Assembly: GCF_000143415.4 (NCBI RefSeq)
Contig: NW_003314332.1
Location: 1-64,000, forward strand
Source of the DNA: Selaginella moellendorffii
Lineage: Eukaryota; Plantae; Lycopodiophyta
Reading direction: 5' to 3'
DNA length: 64,000 nucleotides
Below the pieces are notes generated by a model. It was not told the DNA's origin. It was given only the letters and a program-made list of their open reading frames with translations, and did no database searches. This document shows positions 1 to 10,954 of the stretch, in pieces. Numbering within the stretch: the first letter of the stretch is position 1; each line of letters starts with the position of its first letter. The translations under genes and the position numbers were made by a program.

Positions 1-148
1 GCTCGCTGGGATCCATGAAAGGGTCCGGCTGCTCGTAGTCCGAGTGGACAATGTGAGATGACCCTTCCTCTGCTCGTCCATGGATTCTTTCGCTGGAGAT
101 CGTCCTGGGAAGTGAAGCTAGCAGCAGCAGCACCACCACCATCGCCAT
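1..148 (-). CDS. 5' end of a secreted protein, possibly LRR receptor-like protein (runs off the window)
   Basis: Minus-strand frame from ATG at 148 reads MAMVVVLLLLASLPRTISSERIHG...DPFMDPSE with no stop to position 1. It has a hydrophobic signal peptide, and MDPSE resembles the start of the RLP29/PII-2-type LRR N-cap. Identity is inference. Confidence 0.45.
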   Translation of the reverse strand, partial: MAMVVVLLLLASLPRTISSERIHGRAEEGSSHIVHSDYEQPDPFMDPSE

Positions 149-232
149 CTTTGCTACGTTGTCATGGAGCCTGTGGCGCTTTGGATTCTCTCTGCTGGCC
201 ATTATCATCCTTGTCCTGGAGGGTGGTCCTCT

Positions 233-327
233 CGATCTAGCTCCATCTCTGCTGCTGCTCGTCATCACTGCTCTTCCCGATCTAGCTCCAACTCTGCTGC
301 TGCCCGTCATCACTGCTCTTCTCGATC
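233..327. repeat. 45-bp tandem duplication (about 2.1 copies)
   Basis: CGATCTAGCTCCA...CACTGCTCTTC starts at 233 and 278, with a partial third start at 323. Confidence 0.9.
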
Positions 328-1433
328 ATCAAACGGAGTAGCTTCCCCCTCCCTCGTCTTTGTGTCTCCGTCGACGATGCACAGTGGCGGTGGTGGCGAT
401 GGAGATCCTGGAAGAAGGAAAACAAAACTAATGCGCTGCAAGTATTGAGATTTCAAACCTGTGCATGAGTTATTTATTCCTGTCCCTTCGCTGCTTTCTC
501 GTCTTTCTCCTGTTACCAATCCACTCCACGGCTCCTCGAGGCATATTTTATCGATCGGGTAAATGCGATAGATCTCATGTAAAGCAACGTCCTGGAACAA
601 TGTGTAATCCCGGATCCCCGAGCGTAAGTGACTTGCTATGATTTCTGGCAGAGTAAACAATAACCTTGTTCTGTGCATTGTCTCCCTTTGACAACAGGGT
701 TGAACGCAAACATTTCATGTCACCGCGGCCCTTCTTTTCGCGGACATAAAAGGACCAACTTGCAAGGAACTTCCATTCTTCCTCTCTTTCTCTCTCTCTC
801 TCCTGTGATGCTGTAGACTATTAGAACAAAGCCAGGTTTAAAGCCGGGAGCTAAGTACCTCGCGCCTTGGATCTATCTCCGCTATAAAACTCCCTGATCA
901 AGGCACAGTTCTTAGGAAGAATAGATTTCCAATTTCACCAGGTACCTTGCATGCCCGCTCGAAAGTTGGATGTTAAACAATCCCCCCCAGGGCGCATTCT
1001 TTAGCTCTCTTCCTTTTCTTTGTGTTTGCTTTTCCCTCTCCATGCTGGGTCCATGAGTTACGTGCATCGTACTACGTACAGTGCGATTTCCTCCACGCAT
1101 TAGCTGTGACGTAGCAACAGGAGCAGAGTCAAGGATAACACTCAAATGAACTCATTCAAGAACTTATCGACTTACCACCCGCAGCAGAGGGTGCCTTTAA
1201 ATTCTTAAAAGCTCCAGTTGGTGGTGAAGAATTGAGGAAGAAACGTCGTACTTCCTTTGTCTCACTCAGCATGTAGCGATCAAATCAGGCACACACGCAT
1301 GCGGCAGCACAGCACACATGCACACAATGGCTGTTCCTGCCCTCTGCTGGTACAAGTCTTTCCTGCGTATGCCATGCCTGGGCAATTGCTTCTGCCCCCA
1401 CCATTTATCGCAACATGCCAGCCAGCCGTTCGT

Positions 1434-1460
1434 TGCTGCTGCTGCTGCTGCTGCTGCTGC
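1434..1460. repeat. (TGC)n microsatellite
   Basis: About nine TGC units seen directly. Confidence 0.9.
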
Positions 1461-2599
1461 AAGATCCAAACAAAACTTAGGAAGGCCGAATATTTCGTGC
1501 TTACCTCATAAGCGTGGACGAAGCTCCCGCTGGACCACGAGGAATTAGTCGATAGCAAAGATCTCCAGCTGAAATCCTGAAAAGCGGACACACAATCCGG
1601 CAGCAGCAGCGACGTCTTTCCAAGACCAAAGCTTTTGATTGTAGTACCTGTGCCTGGCGCGGGTGGTCAAGAACTACACTTAAACCAGTCCGAGCGTTGC
1701 AAATCCAAAGCGAGCAAGGCGTTCAAAGTCAAGAACCCGAAAGGCAGTGACAACAATGACGCTCCAACAACAGCAAACAAGAACATCAGTGCAAGTTGCA
1801 AAGTAATATCTGGATGCATACCACCAGCCGGTGGCACCAGTCGGAAGAAACCGATCCGCAGAAGCACATGAGCGTTGTCATAAGTTGGGTGATGCGTTGG
1901 TGACGACCCAAAGAGGTGCGCTTTAAATAAAAATCCCAGCTTTTTCCATCCTTTTACTTGGAGTAGAATAAGCCCAAGGCTGTCCTCCTCCTCCTCAGCT
2001 CTGCCAAGAAACTTAAGTAGTACCCCCGCAGGATTTCAGAGGATAAAAATACAAAAGAGAGAGAGGGAAAGAGCACTCACCACCACATACTTGCATTTTT
2101 CTTCTTCCTCCGAGCAGCAGAGCTGCCTAGAATTGTTGGAGATCCTGTGCACCCACGTGCCAATCTTTCTCGGATTTCATACTTAAAATATACGCCCAGT
2201 GCCGCCCTCGATGTCATGGTTACAAACATCGCCGTTCTGTTCTGTCCACTTGTTTATGTATTCGGGGAAAAAACTAAGGTTGTGTGCCAGGACCATAGCC
2301 ATTTTTTATCCAAATGCACCGATGTTACTTTAGGAATTTCTCTGCTTCGAACGTAGCGAACATCCAAGGATCAAGAACTCCCTGAAAGAGAAGAGAAAAT
2401 AGAATGGTGTCGAATCGAACAAACAGGATCACAAGGAATGCAAAGACATACCCAGAGTGTATAGACTATGCGTGATCTGCGGCTGGCTATTCTTCTCCTT
2501 ATATTGCTGCCATGCAATCTTCAAAGGGATTGGGCTTGTCATTTGGCCAAGTACCTCTCCGCAAAAGCCTGTCTTTTGATGACAAAGTGACTCGGAAAG

Positions 2600-3600
2600 G
2601 ACTGCGAACGCGAAGCATGTCTTCTGCTTTTCCATCTGACGTGCCACACCCTGCCTTAAATCATCTCTTCAAATATATTTGAGACCTGAACACAAGAACA
2701 GAACCATCAGTACGATGGATGCTTGAAAATCATATCAGACCTCGTCGAGCTTCTCGGGCCTAATCAATGCTTTCATGAGCGTTGTATAAGTTATCTTGTC
2801 AGCTGTCAATCCCTGAAACCGAAAACATCAAAAGGTCGCAGCGAACAAAACGTACAGCTTCGTTTGATGTATTCAAACACCGGGAACACCACCTGACCAG
2901 ACTAAACGCGTTGATCACCAGGTGTATCTCAATATTTTTCATGCTCGCACATTCCCTGCAAGGGCATCACCTCGTTCAAGAACACCGGAATGAAAGAATC
3001 GAAAAGCATAAACACGGTACCAGTTGAGCTGAGTAAGCCGCTAGCGACGGTCCCATTCCATCGCCTGGACTGGAACAAGCGTGCTTGAATGTATATATCC
3101 ACAGAGGTTGTGTTTGGAAACAGTCACTCGGAACGCATCTCCTCGACAATCGCGTTCATGGTTCTGCTCTCACCGTTAATTATAATGTTGAAAGTTCGAG
3201 CCGTCGTTCACCATCACTGGCCGCCCGGCCTTCATCGACGAAGAGTTCCAAGACACCATTCGAAACATCTCTCGCAAGAGCTGCAGCCTTTGTGCCACTG
3301 AGCTGTGTATCGTTGTCATCTAGGAGTTTGGCCAGATATGACAGTCTCGCATCTCCTCCCGGGCGAGCATAAGCACCGACGAGCAGGCAGTAAGTTATCG
3401 TCGTCCCTGACACTGTCTATTAGCCTTTCCTCAAGGATATACAGTTATCCCGGAAGCTTGCAACTTCTCCACGGAATTTGTGAACTTGCAAAGATGAGAC
3501 GACTCCTTCGGCTTGTATATCCACAACACCATGGTCTAAATTTTTCCATAGTCCTTGTTCTCTACGTTGAATCCACGAGCTTTAGTTTCTTCTCTCTTCC
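2600..3600 (-). pseudogene. Degenerate CRP1-like P-class PPR gene (introns retained)
   Basis: Spliced exon 2741-2812 gives GLTADKITYTTLMKALIRPEKLDE. The next exon gives VSNIFEEMI(frameshift)KAGCGTSDGKAEDMLR. Both match the C-terminus of CRP1-type PPR proteins. Upstream exons (ITYCLLVGAYARPG, VINAFS) carry stops, frameshifts and deletions. Confidence 0.7.
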
Positions 3601-4183
3601 ATTCTTTCTAAGAGCGAAGCTCTAAACGGTTCTATCAACAAAAAATTCCCTCTTTTTCCAATCTCTCGAGCAATGCCGCATCAATTTCATATAGGGAAGC
3701 GTACCTCCCACCACGCCGCCCTCCTCCAAAACCCTACGTTCGTCATTCTTGGATCCATCGCCGTGGCGACATGAATGCACAGCTCAAGAACCCTAAAAGA
3801 ACTTACAAATGATAGCTTAAATACATTCATGTTTGAGGAACCCTAGAAGCAGTGGGGCGATGGCGCTTTGTTTCTGACCGATTGTGAGGTGAGCTTTGGT
3901 GATTGTCTGATGCGCTGCGTGAATGGTTCTTGATTCTCCTGGATTTCTAGCTGGATTCGTCCATGGGATGCGCCAGTAGAGCCTCAAAATCAGGGTGTGG
4001 ATTCTTTGCATTCTTGCCCGCTTTCTTCAATCCTTTGTCGCGATTTTCTTACCATGGAGTCTCTCTTCCAGGCACTGTAAGCCTCCATTCCCACGATTGT
4101 TTGGTGGAAAGATCCATAGTGCTAGCGTGATTCCAAGGCATTCATCGGTATCAGCGGCTCGCGCGAGGAGCTTGAGGAATTCG

Positions 4184-7100
4184 ATGGTGTCTGAGGTAGC
4201 TGTGGTGAAATCTCCTTCCGACAAGCGAGACTACGAGATCGTTCACTTGAGGAATGGCCTGTCGGCGCTCCTCATTCACGACTCGGAGATCAAACACTCG
4301 GTGACGAACGTCGAGAAAGCTCCTTTAGCGGCTTCCAGCGAAGAATCGGACTATGACGACGACGAAGACGACGAAGAAGATGACGAAGAAGAGGAGGAGG
4401 AGGAGGATATGGCTCGAGACGAGGTTCCAGAAGATGGAAAGAAGCGGGGTGGCATGGCTCAAGCGAAGAAGGTAAGTTGCTCGTTTGTTTCCATTCTTTG
4501 AAATAACCTTTGTGGTTTTCGAGTGTAGGCAGCTGCTGCTATGTGCGTGAGTGTGGGAAGTTTTTCCGATCCCAAAGATGCTGAAGGACTGGCGCACTTT
4601 CTCGGTGAATTTCTCTTCTCTTCTTCTTTTTGGTTTGTAATGACACAATGTGTTTTGGACAGAACACATGCTTTTTATGGGGAGCTCAAAGTTTCCAGAC
4701 GAGAACGAGGTATTGTCTTTGTCTTCTGCTTCCTATTTGCCATGTAAAACTATATGGGTTCATTCAGTACGCTGGATTTTTGGCCGAACACGGTGGGTCT
4801 TCGAACGCGTTTACGGAGATGGAGTATACGTGTTACCATTTTGACGTGAATCACATGTATCTAAAGCCCGCTTTAGAGAGGTCGGAGCTACTTTTGATTT
4901 TATACCATCTTACGTTTTTTCCTTTGCAGATTCTCGCAATTCTTTATTTCTCCTCTGATAAAAGGGGACTCGGTTGAACGCGAAGTTCAAGCAGTCGACT
5001 CAGGTATGCGATTACTACAGGATTCTTTAGGATGCATTCGTTGACTTGGTTGTCTTTGCCAGAGTTTGTGCAGGCTTTGCAAAATGATGGCTGCCGGTTG
5101 AATCAGCTGAAATGCCACACAGCTGATCTTCTACATCCCTATAACCGCTTTTCTTGGGGTATTCAATACATTTTAAAAGTCATAACGTGTATCGGTGGGA
5201 TCTGCTTCAGGAAATGCCAAAAGCTTGGGCGAAGCTATAACAAAGTGTACTGACATTCGTCAAAAGCTCATCGAATTTTACAAGCAACATTATCTGGCAA
5301 ATCGTATGAAGCTTGTTGTTCTTGGCGGAGGTGAGTGGTAAGCCCACGTTTGCGCCTTTTGTGACTTGTCCTTGATGCTTTTTGTGCCTGCAGAACCCTT
5401 GGCCACACTCAAGGAGTGGGTAACAGAATTGTTTGAAGACATTCCGGAAGGCAGCAGCAAGCCGCAACGTTTTTCCTGGAATGGGCCTGTTTGGCCTGCA
5501 GGGAAAATCTATCATGTGGAATCAGTTAAAGATCAGCATCGACTTATATTGAGCTGGGTCATGCCATGCTTGCACACCGAGTATCTGAAGAAACCTCATG
5601 ACTACCTCTCTCATATAATTGGACACGGTACGTTCATGGTTTTGATTGACAAAAGAGTTACTATTTTTTTTCTTCGTCGGTGCAGAGGGAAAGGGAAGCT
5701 TGCTGCAGTTTCTAAAAGCAAATGGCTGGGCCACAGATTTAGCTGCGGGTGTTAGCGAGGATGATTTTGAAAAGAGTACTGCTGGCTATCTTTTCTCAGT
5801 CTGTATTAACTTGACTGTCTCCGGCTTGGGCAAGGTAATTCATCTGATTCTCTTTGGATGTGTTAAATGACGCCTGAATGCAGATCCACGAAATCGTAGG
5901 AAATTTTTTCGAGTTTGTTAAATTGCTTCGGGATAGTAAACCTCAGGAGTGGATTTTTGAAGAGCTTCACGCAGTTTCGGCCATGGATTTTAGATTTGTG
6001 GAAGAAGAACCAGCAGATGATTACGTCTCCACTCTTGCAAGTAAGCAAATGCGGAACAGAAACATCCATAACAACGTGTTTTTGTTCGGGCAGAGAATAT
6101 GCACCTATTTCCAGAGCACCATGTTATTTATGGTGATTATGCTCATGACCAGTGGGATCCCAAGCTGGCAGAAGAGCTTCTGAACTATTTGAGCCCCATG
6201 ACGATGCGAGTTGATATTGTTACGAAATCATTCAACAAAGACGCACCAGGTATTTTTTTTCGTGTTCTTTAAGGCGTATGCTAACCAATTTATGAATCTA
6301 GATGTGGTGTTCGAGCCCTGGTTTGGAACACCTTACGTCGTGAACGAAGCACCGAAAGATCTACTCAACGGTTGGCTTAATCCACTGGCTGTAAACGATG
6401 CATTACACCTCCCGGCTGTCAATGAGTTTATATCTCGTGACTTTAGCATCAAGTCCGCTGATGACTCCAACGTGCTGCCCGTTGTTATCGCAGAGGACTC
6501 GTCAGTGAAGGTCTGGCACAAGCTGGATCGGACGTTTCAAACTCCTCGAGCAAATGTGTTTATGAAACTCTCTTGCCGAATGGACGGTCTGCGCTCCGAG
6601 GTGCTAACAAGCTTGTATACGTTGCTTCTAAAGGATGCTCTAAACGAGACCATATACATGGTACGTTTTTTTTTTTTTTTTTCCAGTTGTGACAAGCTCG
6701 TCCATATTTTCGTTTTTTCAGGCAACTGTCGCCGGTTTGTCCTCTTCAGTGGTGGCGAACATACATAATATCGAGTTTAAGGTGCATGGCTACAATGAGA
6801 AGCTGGGCGTTCTTGCCCAGCAAATATGTCAACTATTGAAGGCGTTAGTACCCGCGAATGATCGTTTCGAGGTCAATACAAATTCGCTTTATAACTTTGA
6901 AACTTCTAACTTTTTGTTTTTCAGGTCGCCAAAGAGCAGTATGAACGACTCTGCCGAAATGCCAGAGTAAAGCCCATGACTCACTCAGCAGCTCTTAGAG
7001 TTCAAATCCTTAGAATGGGAAGCTGGAGCGAAGAGGAAAGGCTGGCGTGTCTTTCAACATTGAGCGCTGAAGATGTCCGTAATTTCATTCCCCAGCTTTT

Positions 7101-8233
7101 CAGAGAGGTAAGAGTTTTATTTTCATGCTAGTTTATCCTATAGCTAGAATGAATTTCCATTAGGCACACGTGGAAGCTCTTTGCCATGGCAACCTTACGA
7201 AAGAAGAGGCGCTTGATATTGTGAATGTCGTGAAAAGTACGGTGGTGACTGTACCAATGCTAGAAGAAACGATGCCAAAGATAAGGATTGTGAAAATCCC
7301 TTCTCAGACCGACTTTGCGTATAATGTCCCGGTTGTGAACCCATTGGAAGAAAACTCTGTTGCTGAGGTACGCAAAATCTTGTCGGCTGGTGTTTTCTGA
7401 AGTGTTGGATTCGTGTTTTAGCTGTATTTTCAAATGGGATTGGATCTGGGAGCCGAGTCTGTCCGTGAACACATTCTCGGTGATCTTTTTGAACAAATGG
7501 TTTACGAGCCATTCTTCAACCAGCTGAGGTATGGTTTTCTTCGTTGACTCGCCAAACACGAACTCTTGACGCCGGTACTTCCAGGACGATTGAACAACTA
7601 GGATACAGAGTTGATTGCGGAACTCGTTACACCTATGGTGTATTGGGATTTTGCTTCCGGATTATGTCATCCAAGTACAGCCCCACGCACATCCACAAGC
7701 GAATTGAGGACTTCATCGATAAGCTGCAAAAGACTCTAGTAAGAACCATTCACTCTTGAGTGAGAGGCGGTCTCATCTTTGTTTGCTCAGGATGATATGT
7801 CGGAGGAAGCGTTTGATAACTACAAAAACTGCCTGATAGCAGAAAAGATGGAGAAAGACAAGTGCTTGAGTGAAGAAACTGACCGCCACTGGGGGCACGT
7901 ACTGGACCAAAGGTATAGATAATAGTCTCATCGTTTCCAACTGGTTGCTTACACAAGTTGAGATCGTCTTCTAGGTACTTGTTTGATGCTCATGAGAAAG
8001 AGGCAGTGGCCCTCAAGGACATCAAGAAAGAGGACGTGGTGGAGTGGTACAAGCAGCACATTAGAGCTGGCGGATCCATGCGGCGAAGCTTGTGCATCCA
8101 CGTCTGGGGGTGTCAGTTCAAGGACGAGATGCAGAAGAACAAGAACAAGAGGAACAAGAGGACACCTTACAGGCTGATCGAGGATATAGACGAGTTTAAG
8201 AACAAGGCAGAGTTATATCCTCCATTTCCATGA
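4184..8233 (+). CDS. Nardilysin-like / insulysin-family M16A metallopeptidase (multi-exon)
   Basis: VVKSPSDKRDY start, an acidic D/E insertion typical of nardilysin, and VGSFSDP..GLAHFL|EHMLFMGSSKFPDEN with the inverted HxxEH zinc motif split by an intron. Also FFNQLRT.EQLGY and many GT-AG introns. Stop TGA at 8231-8233. Confidence 0.93.
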
Positions 8234-8338
8234 TCCAGGTACTGGAAAATTCTCAATTGCAAAACCAGTTTTTCCAAAGGAAAGCTCTCGTAAAGACGGT
8301 CATAGAGTTCTTGGAGGAGATCGAGCTTCGATGGCAGT

Positions 8339-10519
8339 ATGGCCACGACGAGCGTTTTGTCACCGGCAGAGTTGGATCTCGTCCAGAGCTGCAAAACACT
8401 CCACCGGGCTCACGGCGTCAGCGCGTCAATTCTCTCTGGACCAAATGGAGACGCCACCTACACTCGCAACACTCTCCTCCAGATGTACGCCAAGCTCGGC
8501 AGCGTCCACCACGCCCGCTCCATCTTCGACTCCATCGCTAGAAGAGATGACTACTCTTGGGTCATGATGCTCACGGCCTATGCCCAAAACGGGCATCTCA
8601 CCCTCGCAAGGAGCGTCTTTGACGCCATGCCCGAGAGAAACGTCGCTGCGTGGAACGCGATGCTGGCAGGCTATGCCCAGAATGGTCGTCTCGAGGAAGC
8701 AAAAGAGGTTTTCTCCGAGATGCCTGTTTGGAATATCGTCTCGTGGACAACTATGGTGACTGCAAATGCCCAGAACGGGTATGTTCTTGAGGCAAAGATC
8801 CTCTTTGAGAAGATGCCAGAGATCAACTTGGTCTCTTGCAACGCTCTCCACTCGGCATTCGCTCGGAATGGTTTCGTGAGAGAAGCGAAAGAGGTGTTTG
8901 ATTCAATGCCGGCGAGGAATGTCTTGTCATGGACGAGCATGCTGACTGCATATGCTCAAAAGCGGCATATCGACCAGGCAATGGAGTGTTTCCGCGAGAT
9001 GCCAGAGGCCAACGTCGTTTCTTGGAACACAGTGCTGGGAGCTCTCTCTCAGTCCTCCCGAGCTGGCGAAGCAAAGAGAGTGTTTGCAAGAATGCCAGAG
9101 ACCGACTTGATATCCTGGAACGCAGTTCTGGGAGCAGTGGCCGGGAACATCACCGACGCAGTGGAGCTCTTCGATAGAATGCCGGAGAGAAACACTGCCT
9201 CCTTCAACACGATGATCACAGCTTACGCTCAGCACGGTCGGCTCGAAGACGCGAGGAGGATTTTTGAGGTGCTTCCCGAGAGAGACATGATTTCGTGGAA
9301 TGGGATGCTCACAGCGTACGCACAGAACGGTCACGTAGCGCAAGCTGCGAGGATTTTCTTCCAATCAATGCCAAAGCACGACATGGTGTCCGGGAACATT
9401 CTCCTGGCAGCTTACGGCCAGGCCGGGCGTGTGCAAGAGGCAAAGAGCGTCTTTGATGGCATGATGGAGCACAATCTAGTGGCCTGGAATGGAATGCTCG
9501 TCGCTTACGCCGCGAAAGCTCGACTAGAGGACGCAAAACTGGTTTTTGATGCGATGCCGGACAGTGATATCGTCTCCTGGAATGTGATGCTCGGCTTGTA
9601 TGCTCAGGCCGGGCATTTGGAGGAGTCGCAGTGCCTGTTTGGAGTGATGAAGGAGAGAAACGTTGTGTCGTGGACGAGCATGGTGGCAGCGTACGCTCAA
9701 AACCGGCAGCTCCAGCAAGCTCGGAGCTTCTTCTTCGAAATGCCCGAGTGGAACGTCGTGACTTGGACGGCCATGCTCGTCGCCTACGCTCGAGACGGTC
9801 ACCTGGAGGAGGCAAAGTTTGTGTTTGATAGCATGCCAGAAAGGGACCAAGTTGCGTGGAACGCTTTGCTCGAGGCCTATGCCGAAGCTGGTCACTTGGA
9901 TCACGCGAAGAACTTGTTCGATCAAATGCCGGATAGGAATCTCGTCTCCTGGACCGCGATGCTCGCAGCGCATGCTCAAGATGGTCTTCTCCTAGAAGCT
10001 GAATTGCTCCATCACTCGATGCCACAGCGAGACTCGGCCACTTGGAACGTAATGCTCGACGGCCAAGAGGGTCTTCTCGATCGAGCAAACTCTTCGATCG
10101 ACGCACTCGAAGTTTTCCAGCTCGTGAAGATCGAAGGCATGGAACCGGACGAGATTTCCTTCCGGTGTATACTTTTGGGTTGCAGCCACACGGGGGATGT
10201 AGGCGCCGCCAGATCTTGCTTTGCTTCGCTCGTCTCGGACCACTCCATGAAACCATCCAAGGAGCTCTACACTTGCATGGTGGATATCTTGTGCCGGGCA
10301 GCATACTTGGAGGACGCTCATGAGCTTCTCAACACCATGCCTTTCATGCCTCAAGCAATGGACTGGCAGTGCTTGCTTCGGGCTACGCGAAGCCATGACT
10401 TTGCCACTGGTGCGAGTGATTCCGATCAAGCAGCCAAAAGAGCTCTGGATTTAAATTCGAAATCCTCCGCGCCGTATGTATTATTAGCAAATTTGTATTC
10501 TAGAACCATTCAAAACTAA
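8339..10519 (+). CDS. Intronless PLS-class PPR protein with C-terminal E domain (no DYW)
   Basis: 726-aa ORF of tandem ~31-aa repeats (MPERNxVSWxxMLxAYAQNG), ending LLGCSHTG...YTCMVDIL...PYVLLANLY. Confidence 0.92.
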   Translation: MATTSVLSPAELDLVQSCKTLHRAHGVSASILSGPNGDATYTRNTLLQMYAKLGSVHHARSIFDSIARRDDYSWVMMLTAYAQNGHLTLARSVFDAMPERNVAAWNAMLAGYAQNGRLEEAKEVFSEMPVWNIVSWTTMVTANAQNGYVLEAKILFEKMPEINLVSCNALHSAFARNGFVREAKEVFDSMPARNVLSWTSMLTAYAQKRHIDQAMECFREMPEANVVSWNTVLGALSQSSRAGEAKRVFARMPETDLISWNAVLGAVAGNITDAVELFDRMPERNTASFNTMITAYAQHGRLEDARRIFEVLPERDMISWNGMLTAYAQNGHVAQAARIFFQSMPKHDMVSGNILLAAYGQAGRVQEAKSVFDGMMEHNLVAWNGMLVAYAAKARLEDAKLVFDAMPDSDIVSWNVMLGLYAQAGHLEESQCLFGVMKERNVVSWTSMVAAYAQNRQLQQARSFFFEMPEWNVVTWTAMLVAYARDGHLEEAKFVFDSMPERDQVAWNALLEAYAEAGHLDHAKNLFDQMPDRNLVSWTAMLAAHAQDGLLLEAELLHHSMPQRDSATWNVMLDGQEGLLDRANSSIDALEVFQLVKIEGMEPDEISFRCILLGCSHTGDVGAARSCFASLVSDHSMKPSKELYTCMVDILCRAAYLEDAHELLNTMPFMPQAMDWQCLLRATRSHDFATGASDSDQAAKRALDLNSKSSAPYVLLANLYSRTIQN

Positions 10520-10954
10520 AGAATATACTTAGATCCTTATTTCCAACAGCTTGATTTTTATTAATTTAAATGTAGCAATTGATAAGCACTCTATCATGAA
10601 ATTCTTTTTAGTCTCTTCTGGTTTACTGGTTAGTTTATTCTTAATTAGATTCATACATGCAGCAGAAATTGATTGCACACTACGTATCCCTAAATATAAA
10701 GAATTCACAATAAAATATGATAATGGTATAAATGTACTAATCATTTACATTGATTAAATCAAGACTATGAAATTTTTGTTTTTCATGGTGCTGCACAATT
10801 TTTAACGAATGGCTGGCGCGGTTGGCAAAATTGGGCTTTTAGAGGTTGTTTCTTTCATGAATTAAATTCTGATAGTGTTGTATTTTGTTGAAATAAAATA
10901 TTATCATTGGCTTTCTAAATAATATGGTTAATAAAAGGTTTTGCCTTGTTAAAT

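Noticed and set aside
1500-2000. Hydrophobic minus-strand exon-like block (LQLALMFLFAVVGASLLSL...)
   Set aside because: No family recognised, and the upstream exon has stops in all frames.
9309-10304. 331-aa antisense ORF, and similar ORFs opposite the PPR, LCBK1 and transposase genes (e.g. 41186-42064)
   Set aside because: Shadow ORFs of real coding strands with no recognisable motifs.
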